In this document: one piece after another, positions 28,011 to 37,675 of the stretch
Position numbering within the stretch: the first letter of the stretch is position 1
Layout of the letters: every line of letters starts with the position of its first letter
Assembly (NCBI GenBank): GCA_947427095.1
Contig: CANEGO010000002.1
Location: 99,810-163,809, forward strand
Direction: 5' to 3'
Origin: an uncultured Clostridium sp.
Lineage (GTDB): Bacteria > Bacillota_I > Bacilli_A > RF39 > UBA660
DNA length: 64,000 nucleotides
Program-made: the position numbers and the translations under genes
The notes under the pieces: model-generated
Told to the model about the DNA's origin: nothing
Seen by the model: only the letters and a program-made list of their open reading frames with translations
The model's database searches: none

Positions 28011-28788
28011 ATTTTTGACTGGTGGTAGAACTTATTATTTTTCTCCAGGTAAAAATAGTGTTAAACTTGGTGACTTCGTTATTGTTGAAACTGAAAAGGG
28101 TTTACAATTTGGACAAGCAGTAACTAATATTGAAGACATAGAAGAAAATAATGTTTTTTTACCTTTAAAAGATGTTATAAGGATAGCTACAAAGGAAGAC
28201 AAGAATTTAAATGATAAAAATTCTAAGGATGCTTTAAAGGCACTAAAATATGCCAAAGATTTAGTAGAAACAGAAAATTTAGATATGAAACTATACGAAG
28301 CTTCTTATACTTTTGATAGAAAAAAATTAATATTTAAGTTTATTGCGGACGAACGGGTTGACTTTAGAGATCTGGCAAAAGCTTTAGCTGCAAAATACAA
28401 AACCAGAATAGAATTAAGACAAATTGGCGTAAGAGATAAAGCAAAAGAAATAGGAGGATTAGGCCCTTGTGGTAGGCCATTATGTTGTAGTGAATTTTTG
28501 ACTAATTTTAATAGTGTTTCAATAAATATGGCCAAGAATCAAGGGATTGCTCTTAACCCTACAAAAATAAATGGATCTTGTGGTAGGCTTCTATGCTGCC
28601 TAAGTTATGAAGATAATGTATATTCTGAATATAAGAAACAATTGCCAAAAGTTGGGGAAACCATTACAGTAAATGGTAAAACGGGTAAAGTAGTTGAAAT
28701 TAATGTACTTAAAAAAAGTTATAAGTTAAAGACTGAGGAATCAGAAGAAATGGAATTCATGGTAGGTAATGATGGAAGTAATAAATGA
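27988..28788 (+). CDS. ricT: PSP1-domain protein RicT/YaaT (stage 0 sporulation / RNase Y regulator)
   Basis: PSP1 C-terminal domain with the paired cysteines GPCGRPLCCSEFL..SCGRLLCCLSYE. Confidence 0.85.
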   Translation: MVKVIGIKFLTGGRTYYFSPGKNSVKLGDFVIVETEKGLQFGQAVTNIEDIEENNVFLPLKDVIRIATKEDKNLNDKNSKDALKALKYAKDLVETENLDMKLYEASYTFDRKKLIFKFIADERVDFRDLAKALAAKYKTRIELRQIGVRDKAKEIGGLGPCGRPLCCSEFLTNFNSVSINMAKNQGIALNPTKINGSCGRLLCCLSYEDNVYSEYKKQLPKVGETITVNGKTGKVVEINVLKKSYKLKTEESEEMEFMVGNDGSNK

Positions 28789-29497
28789 TCTTTTAAATTT
28801 TAATAAATTAAAGATATGCCAAAATTCAGATTGGTTCAGTTTTTCTTTAGATTCTGTCTTACTTGCTGATTTTGTTAAGGTTAATAATAAGATGAAAATA
28901 ATTGATTTTTGTTGTGGAAACGCGCCAATTCCGCTTTTTTTAAGTACTAAAACAAAATCTAATATTATAGGTGTGGAATTACAAACCCAGGTTTATGATT
29001 TAGCCGTTAAAAGTATAGAAATAAACAAACTTGAAAAGCAGATAGAAATTTTAAATATGGATGTTAAAGATGTAGACAAAAGCTTCGAAACTGATTACTT
29101 TGATTTAATCACATGCAATCCACCTTATTTTAAGGTTGACAAAACTAGTAATCTTAATGAAAACAAAGTTAAAGCTTTAGCAAGACATGAGATTTCTATT
29201 AACTTAGAAGATATTTTTAAGTGTGCTAGAAAAATACTTAAAAATAATGGTAGAATTGCTTTAGTTCATAGAACGGATAGATTAGTTGATATAATATCAT
29301 TAATGCGCCAAAATAATATTGAGCCAAAACGTTTAAAAATGATATATCCTTTTTCGGATTCAAAGTCAAATTTGATTTTAATAGAGGGTAGCAAAAATGG
29401 TAAATCAGGACTTGAAATAGAACCAAGTATAGTGGTTCATAATCCTGATGGTACATATACTGACGAGATAAAAATAATATTTAACGGAGGATTTTAA
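28769..29497 (+). CDS. N6-adenine-specific class I SAM methyltransferase, YabB/TrmN6-like
   Basis: Motifs DFCCGNAPIP and NPPYF. Confidence 0.7.
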   Translation: MMEVINDLLNFNKLKICQNSDWFSFSLDSVLLADFVKVNNKMKIIDFCCGNAPIPLFLSTKTKSNIIGVELQTQVYDLAVKSIEINKLEKQIEILNMDVKDVDKSFETDYFDLITCNPPYFKVDKTSNLNENKVKALARHEISINLEDIFKCARKILKNNGRIALVHRTDRLVDIISLMRQNNIEPKRLKMIYPFSDSKSNLILIEGSKNGKSGLEIEPSIVVHNPDGTYTDEIKIIFNGGF

Positions 29498-30072
29498 TGA
29501 AAATAAAGATGGTTGTTGGTTTAGGAAATCCAGGCAAGGAATATCAAAATACCAGGCATAATATTGGTTTTAAAGTATTAGATGAAATAGCAAAAAGATT
29601 AGATGTATATAAATGGAAAGAAAGAGATGGGGCACTTTATTTTGATTGTCATTTAGATATGTGCCGTGTTATTTTTATCAAACCACAAAAGTATATAAAT
29701 TTATCAGGAGATGTAATGATCAAATTTGTTAACTTTTTAGATATTAAAACAGAAGATATAATTGTTGTAAGTGATGATTTGGATTTGCCAATAGGCTCTA
29801 TAAAATTAAAGGAAAAAGGTAGTTCTGGTGGGCACAATGGTTTAAAGAATATAGAAAATAGGTTACAAACAAACGAATATAAAAGAATAAAAATAGGAAT
29901 TTCTAATGATCGCACTATTGATACTAAAGATTATGTTTTAGGTAAATTAAGTAAAGAAGAAAAAAATAAACTTAAACCGGTAATAGAAAAAGCTGCAGAT
30001 GCAGTATTAGAATCTATAGGGCATCCTTTTTCTGTTGTTATGAGTAAATATAATACCAGAATAAAAAATTAA
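29497..30072 (+). CDS. pth: Peptidyl-tRNA hydrolase
   Basis: VVGLGNPGKEYQNTRHNIGF is the canonical Pth N-terminus. Confidence 0.9.
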   Translation: MKIKMVVGLGNPGKEYQNTRHNIGFKVLDEIAKRLDVYKWKERDGALYFDCHLDMCRVIFIKPQKYINLSGDVMIKFVNFLDIKTEDIIVVSDDLDLPIGSIKLKEKGSSGGHNGLKNIENRLQTNEYKRIKIGISNDRTIDTKDYVLGKLSKEEKNKLKPVIEKAADAVLESIGHPFSVVMSKYNTRIKN

Positions 30073-30074
30073 GA

Positions 30075-33000
30075 ATGGGTGATAAAATGCTTAAAAACAT
30101 TTTTAAAAATAAATTTATATATGATAATAATCCGGTGACTGTCTCAGGTTTATGTAAGGGGGTCCAAGCAACATATGTTTGGAATCTTTTTAATGTTACA
30201 AAAGATAACCTTTTAATCGTTACCAATACTTTATATGAAGCAAATAATTTATATAAATCCCTTTCTTTTTATGGAATTAATAATATTTTGTTGTTTCCTA
30301 TGGATGATTTTATTGTTAGTGAAGTTCTTGCAATTTCCCCGGATTTAATGGCAAAGAGAATAGAAACCTTAAATGAATTAACTTTTACAAAAGAAAAAAA
30401 AATAGTTATAACTAATCTTATGGGTTATTTAAGGTTTTTACCTTCAAAATCATTGTGGGAAGCATCATATGTAACACTTAATGAAAATGATATAGTGAAC
30501 CGTGATCTGTTAATAAAAAAATTATCTAAAATTGGATATAGTAAAGAAAGTGTAGTAACTAAAACTGGAGAATTTGCCAATCGGGGTTATATTTTAGATA
30601 TTTTTCCTTATGGTTGTGATAATCCGGTGAGGATTGAGTTTTTTGATAATGAAATAGATGATATTAGAGAGTTTGATCCTTCTAGTCAGTTATCTATTAC
30701 GAAGAAAGATAATATTAAAATAATGCCATTTACTGAGTTTATAAATGAAAAAGAAATAGATGATATTCCTAGCCGACAAAGTTTACTACCAAGGGTAATA
30801 AATGACGTATCATCTTTATCAGAATATGTTTCAGCTGGAGTTCAGGTTTTTATAGATTTAGACGTGTTAACTTTGTCATATTCTAAAATTATGGAAGAAG
30901 TAGTTGAATTTAAAGAAAGTGATACTTTTATAATTGATAAATATATGCATGATTTAAAAGCGCTTGTTCCAAGTAAATATATAAATATTTTATCTGTTGA
31001 TAATTATAATAAAAATATGGTTAGTGTTGAGAATTATGTTTCATCCGAGATAGAAAAATTTAATGGTAATTATAATAGAATTGGTCTTTTTTTAGCCGAT
31101 ATGTTAAGGAAAAACAAAAAGATTATTGTTTATTTAGAAGAAAGTGAATTGATATCTGATTTTATAAGTAGAATTAATCTTAAAACAATATTAGTTCCAG
31201 AAACTGATATAAAAGATAATATAATAAACGTTGTAAAAAAGAATATTCCTAATGGATTTATATTTGATGAATATGTGTTTTTATCTAAAAATGAGCTTTA
31301 TAAAGCTAATACTCTTTCTGGTTATCGCAGCAAATTTAGATATGGTTCTAAAATAAAAGATGTGGATAAATTAAAACCAGGTGATTATGTAGTTCATGCA
31401 TCACATGGTATTGGACGTTATATGGGAATTGTTACTTTGACTGTAAAAGGTTTAAAAAAAGATTTTCTTAACCTAGCTTATTCTGGTGCAGATAAGCTAT
31501 ATATTCCTGTAGAAAAAATAGAGTACATAAGTAAATATTCTTCTAATGAAGGAGTTAAACCAAAATTAAATAAACTTGGTGGTACAGAATGGGTAAAACA
31601 AAAGGCAAGGGTAAAAGGTAGGGTTAAAGATATTGCAAAGGAATTATTAGAAACCTCTGCAAAAAGAAAGCTATCAAAAGGGTTTCAATTTTTAGAAGAT
31701 GATGAGGAACAACTTGTTTTTGAAAATAAGTTTGGTTATGATGAAACTCCTGATCAAATAAGGGCAATAAGAGAAATAAAAGAGGATATGCAAATGCCGT
31801 ATCCAATGGATAGGTTGCTTTGTGGAGATGTTGGTTATGGCAAAACGGAGGTAGCTTTTAGAGCAATTTTTAAAGCTATAAAATCTGGTAAACAAGCCTG
31901 CTTTTTATGCCCTACAACAATTTTATCAAAACAACATTATGATAATGCCGTGTCTAGATTTGATAACTTTGGTATGAACATAGCAGTATTAAATAGATTT
32001 GTTACTCCAAAGAAGAAAATAGATATATTAAATGATTTGAAAACAGGAAAAACCGATTTAATAATAGGAACTCATAGCTTATTAAGCAAGGATGTAAAAT
32101 ATAAGGATTTAGGTCTTTTAGTAATAGATGAAGAGCAAAGATTTGGGGTTTCTCACAAGGAAAAAATAAAAGAATATAAAGAGAATATTGATGTCCTAAC
32201 ACTTTCTGCAACACCAATTCCAAGAACCTTGCAAATGTCTTTAACTGGTGTTAGAGGTTTATCTTTAATTGAAACACCACCGGCTTTTAGATATCCAATA
32301 CAAACTTATGTGCTAAGGGAAAATGATCAAGTAATAAAAGATGCTATTTATAAAGAGTTATCACGTGATGGTCAAATTTTCTTTCTTTACAATAACGTAT
32401 CAAAGATAGAAGATCAGGTAGTAAGAATCAAAAAATTAGTACCAGAAGCGATGATTACGTATATTCATGGTCAAATGAATAGAGGTCAAATCGAAAAAAC
32501 AATGGAAAGTTTTATTAATAAGGAATATAATATTTTGGTTTGCACTACCATTATAGAAACAGGAATAGATATAGAAAATGCCAATACTTTAATTGTTTTA
32601 GACGCTGATCATTTTGGGCTTAGTCAACTATATCAAATAAGAGGTAGAATAGGTCGTAGTAAAAATATAGCATATGCGTATTTAATGTATAATAAAGCTA
32701 AAGAATTAAATGATGTGGCTTTGAAAAGATTAGAAGCGATAAAAGAATTTACCGAATTAGGAAGTGGTTACGCGTTAGCGGTAAGAGACCTTTCAATTCG
32801 TGGAGCTGGAGATATTTTGGGATCTGAACAGTCTGGATTTATTGATACAGTTGGTTACGATATGTATTTAAAAATTTTAAACGAAGAAGTAGAACGCTTA
32901 AAAGGTAATGGGTATGATGAAAAAGATGATTCAACATTAGATGAAAAGTCATTTATAAATGTTGCAACTCATATAAGTGATAAATATGCTGATACCGAAG

Positions 33001-33383
33001 ATTTAAAAATAGAAATCCATAAGAAAATAAACATGATCAATGATTATAATAGTTTTGTTAAAGTAAAAGATGAACTTACTGATCGTTTTGGGTCTTTAGA
33101 TAAAGATATAATAATATACATGTTAGAAGAATTATTTGAAGTTAAAGCAAAAGAAAAAGGTGTATTTAAAGTTGAACAACAGACTAATAAAATAATCATA
33201 TATTTTGACAAAATAATTTCGAAAAGACAAAATGGAGCTAATCTTTTGGCTGGTTTGTTTAAAATAAGTTCCAATTTTGAGGTTAAATATATAAATGATA
33301 TTTTAAAAATAACACTAAATACAAGAAATCTTGAAGATCACTTTCTTTATTATTTAATAAAAATGCTTGATGTTATTGAATAA
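30075..33383 (+). CDS. mfd: Transcription-repair coupling factor Mfd
   Basis: 1102 aa with UvrB-homology, RNAP-interaction and DEAD/helicase domains (DEEQRFGV, TATPIPRTL), and a TRG motif region. Confidence 0.95.
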   Translation: MGDKMLKNIFKNKFIYDNNPVTVSGLCKGVQATYVWNLFNVTKDNLLIVTNTLYEANNLYKSLSFYGINNILLFPMDDFIVSEVLAISPDLMAKRIETLNELTFTKEKKIVITNLMGYLRFLPSKSLWEASYVTLNENDIVNRDLLIKKLSKIGYSKESVVTKTGEFANRGYILDIFPYGCDNPVRIEFFDNEIDDIREFDPSSQLSITKKDNIKIMPFTEFINEKEIDDIPSRQSLLPRVINDVSSLSEYVSAGVQVFIDLDVLTLSYSKIMEEVVEFKESDTFIIDKYMHDLKALVPSKYINILSVDNYNKNMVSVENYVSSEIEKFNGNYNRIGLFLADMLRKNKKIIVYLEESELISDFISRINLKTILVPETDIKDNIINVVKKNIPNGFIFDEYVFLSKNELYKANTLSGYRSKFRYGSKIKDVDKLKPGDYVVHASHGIGRYMGIVTLTVKGLKKDFLNLAYSGADKLYIPVEKIEYISKYSSNEGVKPKLNKLGGTEWVKQKARVKGRVKDIAKELLETSAKRKLSKGFQFLEDDEEQLVFENKFGYDETPDQIRAIREIKEDMQMPYPMDRLLCGDVGYGKTEVAFRAIFKAIKSGKQACFLCPTTILSKQHYDNAVSRFDNFGMNIAVLNRFVTPKKKIDILNDLKTGKTDLIIGTHSLLSKDVKYKDLGLLVIDEEQRFGVSHKEKIKEYKENIDVLTLSATPIPRTLQMSLTGVRGLSLIETPPAFRYPIQTYVLRENDQVIKDAIYKELSRDGQIFFLYNNVSKIEDQVVRIKKLVPEAMITYIHGQMNRGQIEKTMESFINKEYNILVCTTIIETGIDIENANTLIVLDADHFGLSQLYQIRGRIGRSKNIAYAYLMYNKAKELNDVALKRLEAIKEFTELGSGYALAVRDLSIRGAGDILGSEQSGFIDTVGYDMYLKILNEEVERLKGNGYDEKDDSTLDEKSFINVATHISDKYADTEDLKIEIHKKINMINDYNSFVKVKDELTDRFGSLDKDIIIYMLEELFEVKAKEKGVFKVEQQTNKIIIYFDKIISKRQNGANLLAGLFKISSNFEVKYINDILKITLNTRNLEDHFLYYLIKMLDVIE

Positions 33384-33426
33384 AATTGGTAGTTTTATAC
33401 ATTCTAAAAAGGAAGGGAAGAATTGT

Positions 33427-33924
33427 ATGAAAACTACGGGAATAACAAGAAGAATAGATGAATTAGGACGAATTGTAATACCAAAGGAATTAAGAAAAAA
33501 TATGCATATTAAAACAGGGGAATTATTAGAGATTTTTTTAAGCGACACAGAAACTATTTCTCTTAGAAAACATATAACAATAGATAAAAAATAGGAATTT
33601 TTAAACACATATATTAAAATTTTAGCAAATAAGATAAATACTAATGTTTTTGTTGCTAATTTAGATGAAATAGTTTTTTCAAATGTAACTGAAATGATAA
33701 ATATGAAACTCTCACTAGAGTTTGAAAATAACGCTTTTAGTAATATCGGAAAAAATTTAGTTCTTACAAAAGGTTATGAATTAAAAAAATCGCATGAGGT
33801 TTTTCCTATTTCTCCTAATGGGGATTTAGTTGGGTATTTGGTTTTGGAGGACTTAAATTCTAAAAATCAAGAGTTAATCAAGTTTTCTCTTATGTTTTTA
33901 GAAAGTTATTTTGAAACAATTTAA
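33427..33924 (+). pseudogene. spoVT: spoVT (AbrB-N/SpoVT with a GAF-like C-domain) interrupted by a single in-frame TAG at 33592-33594
   Basis: The N-terminal part, MKTTGITRRIDELGRIVIPKELRKNMHIKTGELLEIF, is an AbrB/SpoVT swapped-hairpin domain. After the TAG the same frame continues open for 110 codons (EFLNTYIKILANKINTNVFVANLDEIVFSN...ISPNGDLVGYLVL). This aligns gap-free with B. subtilis SpoVT (DFAKEYADALYDSLGHSVLICDRDVYIAVSG...IVANGDPIGAVVI). Confidence 0.6.
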
Positions 33925-34053
33925 ATATTATAATTGTAAAATTTTGTCTAATTATAAATTTAATTGTCAAAATCGTTTACACGGTCTTTTTTATATGTTA
34001 TATTTTTATCGTTGTGATTGCTGTAAAAACCCTATGAAAGGAAGATAGAGAGT

Positions 34054-34236
34054 ATGCACCATAACGCTTTAACGGATGATAAAAGAAGTTTTGCGTTTAA
34101 GATTGTATTTTTCTTGGTTTTACTATCTTTTATAGCTCTTATGTATTTAGAAAGTGGACTATTAAAAGATGCGTTTTATTTTGCTGTCGTACTAATATTA
34201 TTTATAAAATTTTTAATAATTAAATTATACCGATAA
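34054..34236 (+). CDS. Small two-TM membrane protein (60 aa), hypothetical
   Basis: ORF with hydrophobic helices and a GGAAG RBS. Weak support. Confidence 0.3.
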   Translation: MHHNALTDDKRSFAFKIVFFLVLLSFIALMYLESGLLKDAFYFAVVLILFIKFLIIKLYR

Positions 34237-34265
34237 TATGGTATAATTTTTTTTGGTGATTTATA

Positions 34266-35018
34266 ATGTTAATAGATTCACATTGTCATGTTCTAAAAAG
34301 TGAATATTCCAACCCAGATTCCGTAATAATAGAATCGTTTAATCATGGGGTTAAAAAGATAATTATAAATGGTTATAATATGCAAAGTAGCATAGAGGCT
34401 GTTATTCTTGCCCAAAAATATGAGAATGTTTATGCTGCTATAGGTATAGGGCCACAAAACGTCGATGATTTCGATGATGTTGTTTTTCAAAAACTAGATG
34501 ATTTGGCATCCGCAAATAAGGTGGTGGCAATAGGTGAGGTAGGCTTGGATTACTATTGGACAAAGGATAATAAAAATCTTCAGATTGATGTTTTTAAAAG
34601 TATGCTTACCCTTGCAAAAAAGCATAATTTGCCGGTTATTGTTCATTCAAGAAAGGCTTTTTTAGATACATACAATTTTCTAAAAGAATATAATATAAAT
34701 GGAATACTACATTGTTACTCAGGTAGCTTAGAAATGGCAAAAGATTTTATTAATCTTGGATTTCTATTAGGAATTGGTGGAGTAGTAACTTTTAAAAATG
34801 CAAAGGAATTAATAAACGTTGTAAAGGAAATAGACCTACGTTATTTATCCTTGGAAACTGATAGTCCTTATCTATCTCCAGAGCCTTATAGAGGCAAGCA
34901 AAATAATCCTAAAAATGTTATCTTCGTAGCGCAGAAAATTGCTGAAATAAAAGGTATTTCAATCGATGATGTTATTAGTGTAACCGGAAACTCGGTTTGC
35001 TCTAAATTTGACTTGTAG
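34266..35018 (+). CDS. tatD: TatD-family metal-dependent DNase
   Basis: MLIDSHCHV... N-terminal His motif and the TatD fold throughout. Confidence 0.9.
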   Translation: MLIDSHCHVLKSEYSNPDSVIIESFNHGVKKIIINGYNMQSSIEAVILAQKYENVYAAIGIGPQNVDDFDDVVFQKLDDLASANKVVAIGEVGLDYYWTKDNKNLQIDVFKSMLTLAKKHNLPVIVHSRKAFLDTYNFLKEYNINGILHCYSGSLEMAKDFINLGFLLGIGGVVTFKNAKELINVVKEIDLRYLSLETDSPYLSPEPYRGKQNNPKNVIFVAQKIAEIKGISIDDVISVTGNSVCSKFDL

Positions 35019-35073
35019 TACCATTTATGATATTATTAATAACGACCCCCTAGTAGGGTTATGAGGTGAAAAA

Positions 35074-35688
35074 GTGAAACATTTAAATAGAAAAATTAAG
35101 GGTGCATTATTAATCCTTGTGATTTGTTTAATAGCATTTATTGGTTTTTCAAAGGCCGGAATACTATTTTCGGCTGGTGGCGGTGATGTAATTACTGTTT
35201 CTACCACAAAAAAGACGTTTGATCCTAATAACTATGTTGCTTCGGCATCAATAGTTGCAACTACAACGAAACAAGAGACAACAACTATTACAACCACGAC
35301 AACGAAAGTAATTACAACTACTAAGGTGTTTACAACAGTGGAAACTACAACCGAAGCACCTAAAATAAGTTGGGCTGGAGAAGTTCTTTCTAAATCTAAA
35401 GGTGTTGTTATTGGACCTTCTGGAAAGGAATCTTATTATAACTTAAATATGACAAAAGTAATAAACACCATGAGACGTGCTGGATACTCTGAGGCAGAAT
35501 ATCCTTATTGGGTTCGTGAGGATGGTGTTAAGATGCTAGGCGATTATGTTATGGTTGCCGCAAATTATGATATACGTCCGCGAGGAACAATATTAGAAAG
35601 TTCACTTGGTTATGCCATAGTTTGTGACACTGGAGGATTTGCGAAAACAAATCCAACCCAAATTGATGTTGCTGTTACTTGGAGATAA
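35074..35688 (+). CDS. Secreted/membrane-anchored 3D-domain protein (YabE/YocH/MltA-like) with a poly-Thr linker (GTG start)
   Basis: Signal anchor, a T-rich spacer (TTTKQETTTITTTTTKVITTTKV), and a C-terminal 3D domain (..GYAIVCDTGGF...IDVAV). The position matches B. subtilis yabE. Confidence 0.7.
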   Translation: MKHLNRKIKGALLILVICLIAFIGFSKAGILFSAGGGDVITVSTTKKTFDPNNYVASASIVATTTKQETTTITTTTTKVITTTKVFTTVETTTEAPKISWAGEVLSKSKGVVIGPSGKESYYNLNMTKVINTMRRAGYSEAEYPYWVREDGVKMLGDYVMVAANYDIRPRGTILESSLGYAIVCDTGGFAKTNPTQIDVAVTWR

Positions 35689-35708
35689 TTTTAAATTTAT
35701 GATAAAAT

Positions 35709-35739
35709 AAAAACAAATAAATTTATTTATTTGTTTTTT
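35709..35739 (+). terminator. AT-rich perfect-palindrome hairpin after the 3D-domain gene
   Basis: AAAAACAAATAAAT-TT-ATTTATTTGTTTTT, a 14-bp stem ending in a U-run. Confidence 0.5.
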
Positions 35740-35757
35740 CGTATAAGAGGAGATTTT

Positions 35758-36576
35758 ATGAGTGTTAAAGATATTTTAAATAAAAATGGATTTATTTTTA
35801 AGAAAAAGTTTGGTCAAAACTTTTTGCTTGATAATAATATTTTAAATAATATTGCTGATTTAGGTAATATAACAAAAGATACTCTTGTTATAGAGGTTGG
35901 CGTAGGAGCAGCTGCTTTAACTAAAAAATTAAGCCTTAAAGCAAAGCTAGTATTGGGTTATGAGATAGATATAAATTTGAAAAAACCGCTTGATGAAATA
36001 CTTACGGGCTATGAAAATGTTAATATAATTTATGATGACTTTTTGAATCGTGACGTAAAAAAAGATTTAAGTAAGTATGAATACAAAAACATTATAGTAG
36101 TCGCAAATCTTCCGTATTATATAACGACTCCAATAATAACTAAATTTATTGAAGAAAAAATAAACGTAGAAAAGATAGTAGTTATGGTGCAAAACGAGGT
36201 GGCTGACCGATTTTGTGCAAAAACTGGAACTAAATCATATAACTCTTTAACTATTTTTTTGAATTATTATTTTGATATTAAAAAGGCTTTTACCGTTTCA
36301 AGAAATGTATTTTATCCAAAACCAAACGTTGATTCTGCTGTTGTAGTTTTTACAAAAAAAGAGAAAAAATTAAAGTTAAATGATGAAGCCTATTTCTTTA
36401 GACTTGTAAAAGCAGCATTTACTCAAAAAAGAAAAACTTTGAAAAATAACTTATCAGACTACGACTTAGATAAAATTAATGAGGTATTAAAAATATCAGG
36501 TAAAGATATAACTAAAAGAGCAGAATGTATTACAATAGAAGAATTTGCTAAAATTTCAAACGAATTAACCAGATGA
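35758..36576 (+). CDS. rsmA: 16S rRNA (adenine1518/1519-N6)-dimethyltransferase RsmA/KsgA
   Basis: The ATG is preceded by AAGAGGAG; the track ORF starts upstream at a TTG. Motifs FGQNFL and ..VVANLPYYITTPII... Confidence 0.9.
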   Translation: MSVKDILNKNGFIFKKKFGQNFLLDNNILNNIADLGNITKDTLVIEVGVGAAALTKKLSLKAKLVLGYEIDINLKKPLDEILTGYENVNIIYDDFLNRDVKKDLSKYEYKNIIVVANLPYYITTPIITKFIEEKINVEKIVVMVQNEVADRFCAKTGTKSYNSLTIFLNYYFDIKKAFTVSRNVFYPKPNVDSAVVVFTKKEKKLKLNDEAYFFRLVKAAFTQKRKTLKNNLSDYDLDKINEVLKISGKDITKRAECITIEEFAKISNELTR

Positions 36577-36617
36577 TAGAATGTCTGGTTTTTTCTTTGC
36601 ATATATTTTATTGGGTG

Positions 36618-37370
36618 ATGATATTGTTTAAAGTAGGAGATTTAGTCACTAGGATATCACATGATAATGATGTTGTATTTAAGATAGAAAAAATTGATTC
36701 AGGAATTGCTTATTTGAAGGGTGTAAATGTAAGACTGTGCGCCGATAGCAGTGTAAGTGACCTAATTTTGGTTGATTCAAAGAATAATGAAGAAGACCGA
36801 ATATTTTACGAAAAATTAGAGACGATAAGGAATTTTGAAAGAAGTGATTATTTTTATATTCCTGGTAAAATTCTACATGTGGATGGGGATAGAGAATATT
36901 TAAATAGGTGTTTAGATTTTTATAAAAAAGCTAATGTTTTGGCTTTTGGAGTTTACTCACCGGAAAGTGAAATGGCACAAAATATCGAAAAGTATTTAGA
37001 TGATATTAACCCTGATATTGTTGTTATAACTGGTCATGATTCGGAAATAAAAAAGAACTCAAAGTATTTTTCAGAAGCTGTAAAGGCTTGCCGTAAGTAC
37101 CAAAGGGATTATGATAAATTAATAATAATTGCTGGTGCTTGTCAATCGGATTATGAACACCTTATAAAAGCGGGAGCCAATTTCGCGTCAAGCCCAAAGA
37201 GGATAAACATTCATGCGCTTGATCCTGCAATTATTGCTTTATCCCTAAGTCTGTCTGATAAAAATAAAAATGTTGATTTACTAGCGCTTTTAGAAAAAAC
37301 GAGCAACGGTAAGGACGGTATTGGTGGTGTTAATACAAGGGGTGTTATGACTACCGGGTATCCTAGGTAA
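36618..37370 (+). CDS. yabG: Sporulation-specific protease YabG
   Basis: PGKILHVDGD, IVVITGHD and IIAGACQSDYEHLIKAGANFASSPKRINIHALDP align closely with B. subtilis YabG. The position between ksgA and veg is conserved. The start was chosen at MILFKVGDLV; the track ORF begins at 36573. Confidence 0.75.
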   Translation: MILFKVGDLVTRISHDNDVVFKIEKIDSGIAYLKGVNVRLCADSSVSDLILVDSKNNEEDRIFYEKLETIRNFERSDYFYIPGKILHVDGDREYLNRCLDFYKKANVLAFGVYSPESEMAQNIEKYLDDINPDIVVITGHDSEIKKNSKYFSEAVKACRKYQRDYDKLIIIAGACQSDYEHLIKAGANFASSPKRINIHALDPAIIALSLSLSDKNKNVDLLALLEKTSNGKDGIGGVNTRGVMTTGYPR

Positions 37371-37379
37371 AGGAGAAAA

Positions 37380-37586
37380 ATGATAAACGAAATAAAATGT
37401 AAAATAAAAGCTCTTAAAGGAAAAAAAATTAGAGTTTATGTTGATGTAGGAAGAAATAAAAGTGAAACGTATGAAGGGATAGTTTTGAATACATATAATA
37501 ATATTTGGACGCTTAAGACTGATACTGATATAAAAAGTTTTGGTTATTCAGACGTTTTAATTAATACGGTTGTTATAAGTTCATGA
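37380..37586 (+). CDS. veg: Veg (biofilm/sporulation-associated small protein)
   Basis: 68 aa with IKCKIKALKGKKIRVYV..ETYEGIVLNTY..SFGYSDVLI, similar to B. subtilis Veg. Synteny after yabG. Confidence 0.7.
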   Translation: MINEIKCKIKALKGKKIRVYVDVGRNKSETYEGIVLNTYNNIWTLKTDTDIKSFGYSDVLINTVVISS

Positions 37587-37675
37587 TATATGAACTTTTT
37601 TATTTGTGTTTATTGATTTTTATCCCCATTTGTGGTTAAATTAAAATGTATAAACTAAAATGGGAGGACTATACT

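Noticed and set aside
33925-34053. GTCAAAATCGTTTACACGGTC segment between spoVT and the small membrane ORF, looked at as a possible hairpin or riboswitch
   Set aside because: It is not self-complementary. It is probably just promoter sequence (TTGTCA plus a 17-nt spacer).
37612-37635. TTATCCCCA (1-mismatch DnaA box) upstream of the large surface-protein gene
   Set aside because: It is a single degenerate site far from oriC and is expected by chance in AT-rich DNA.
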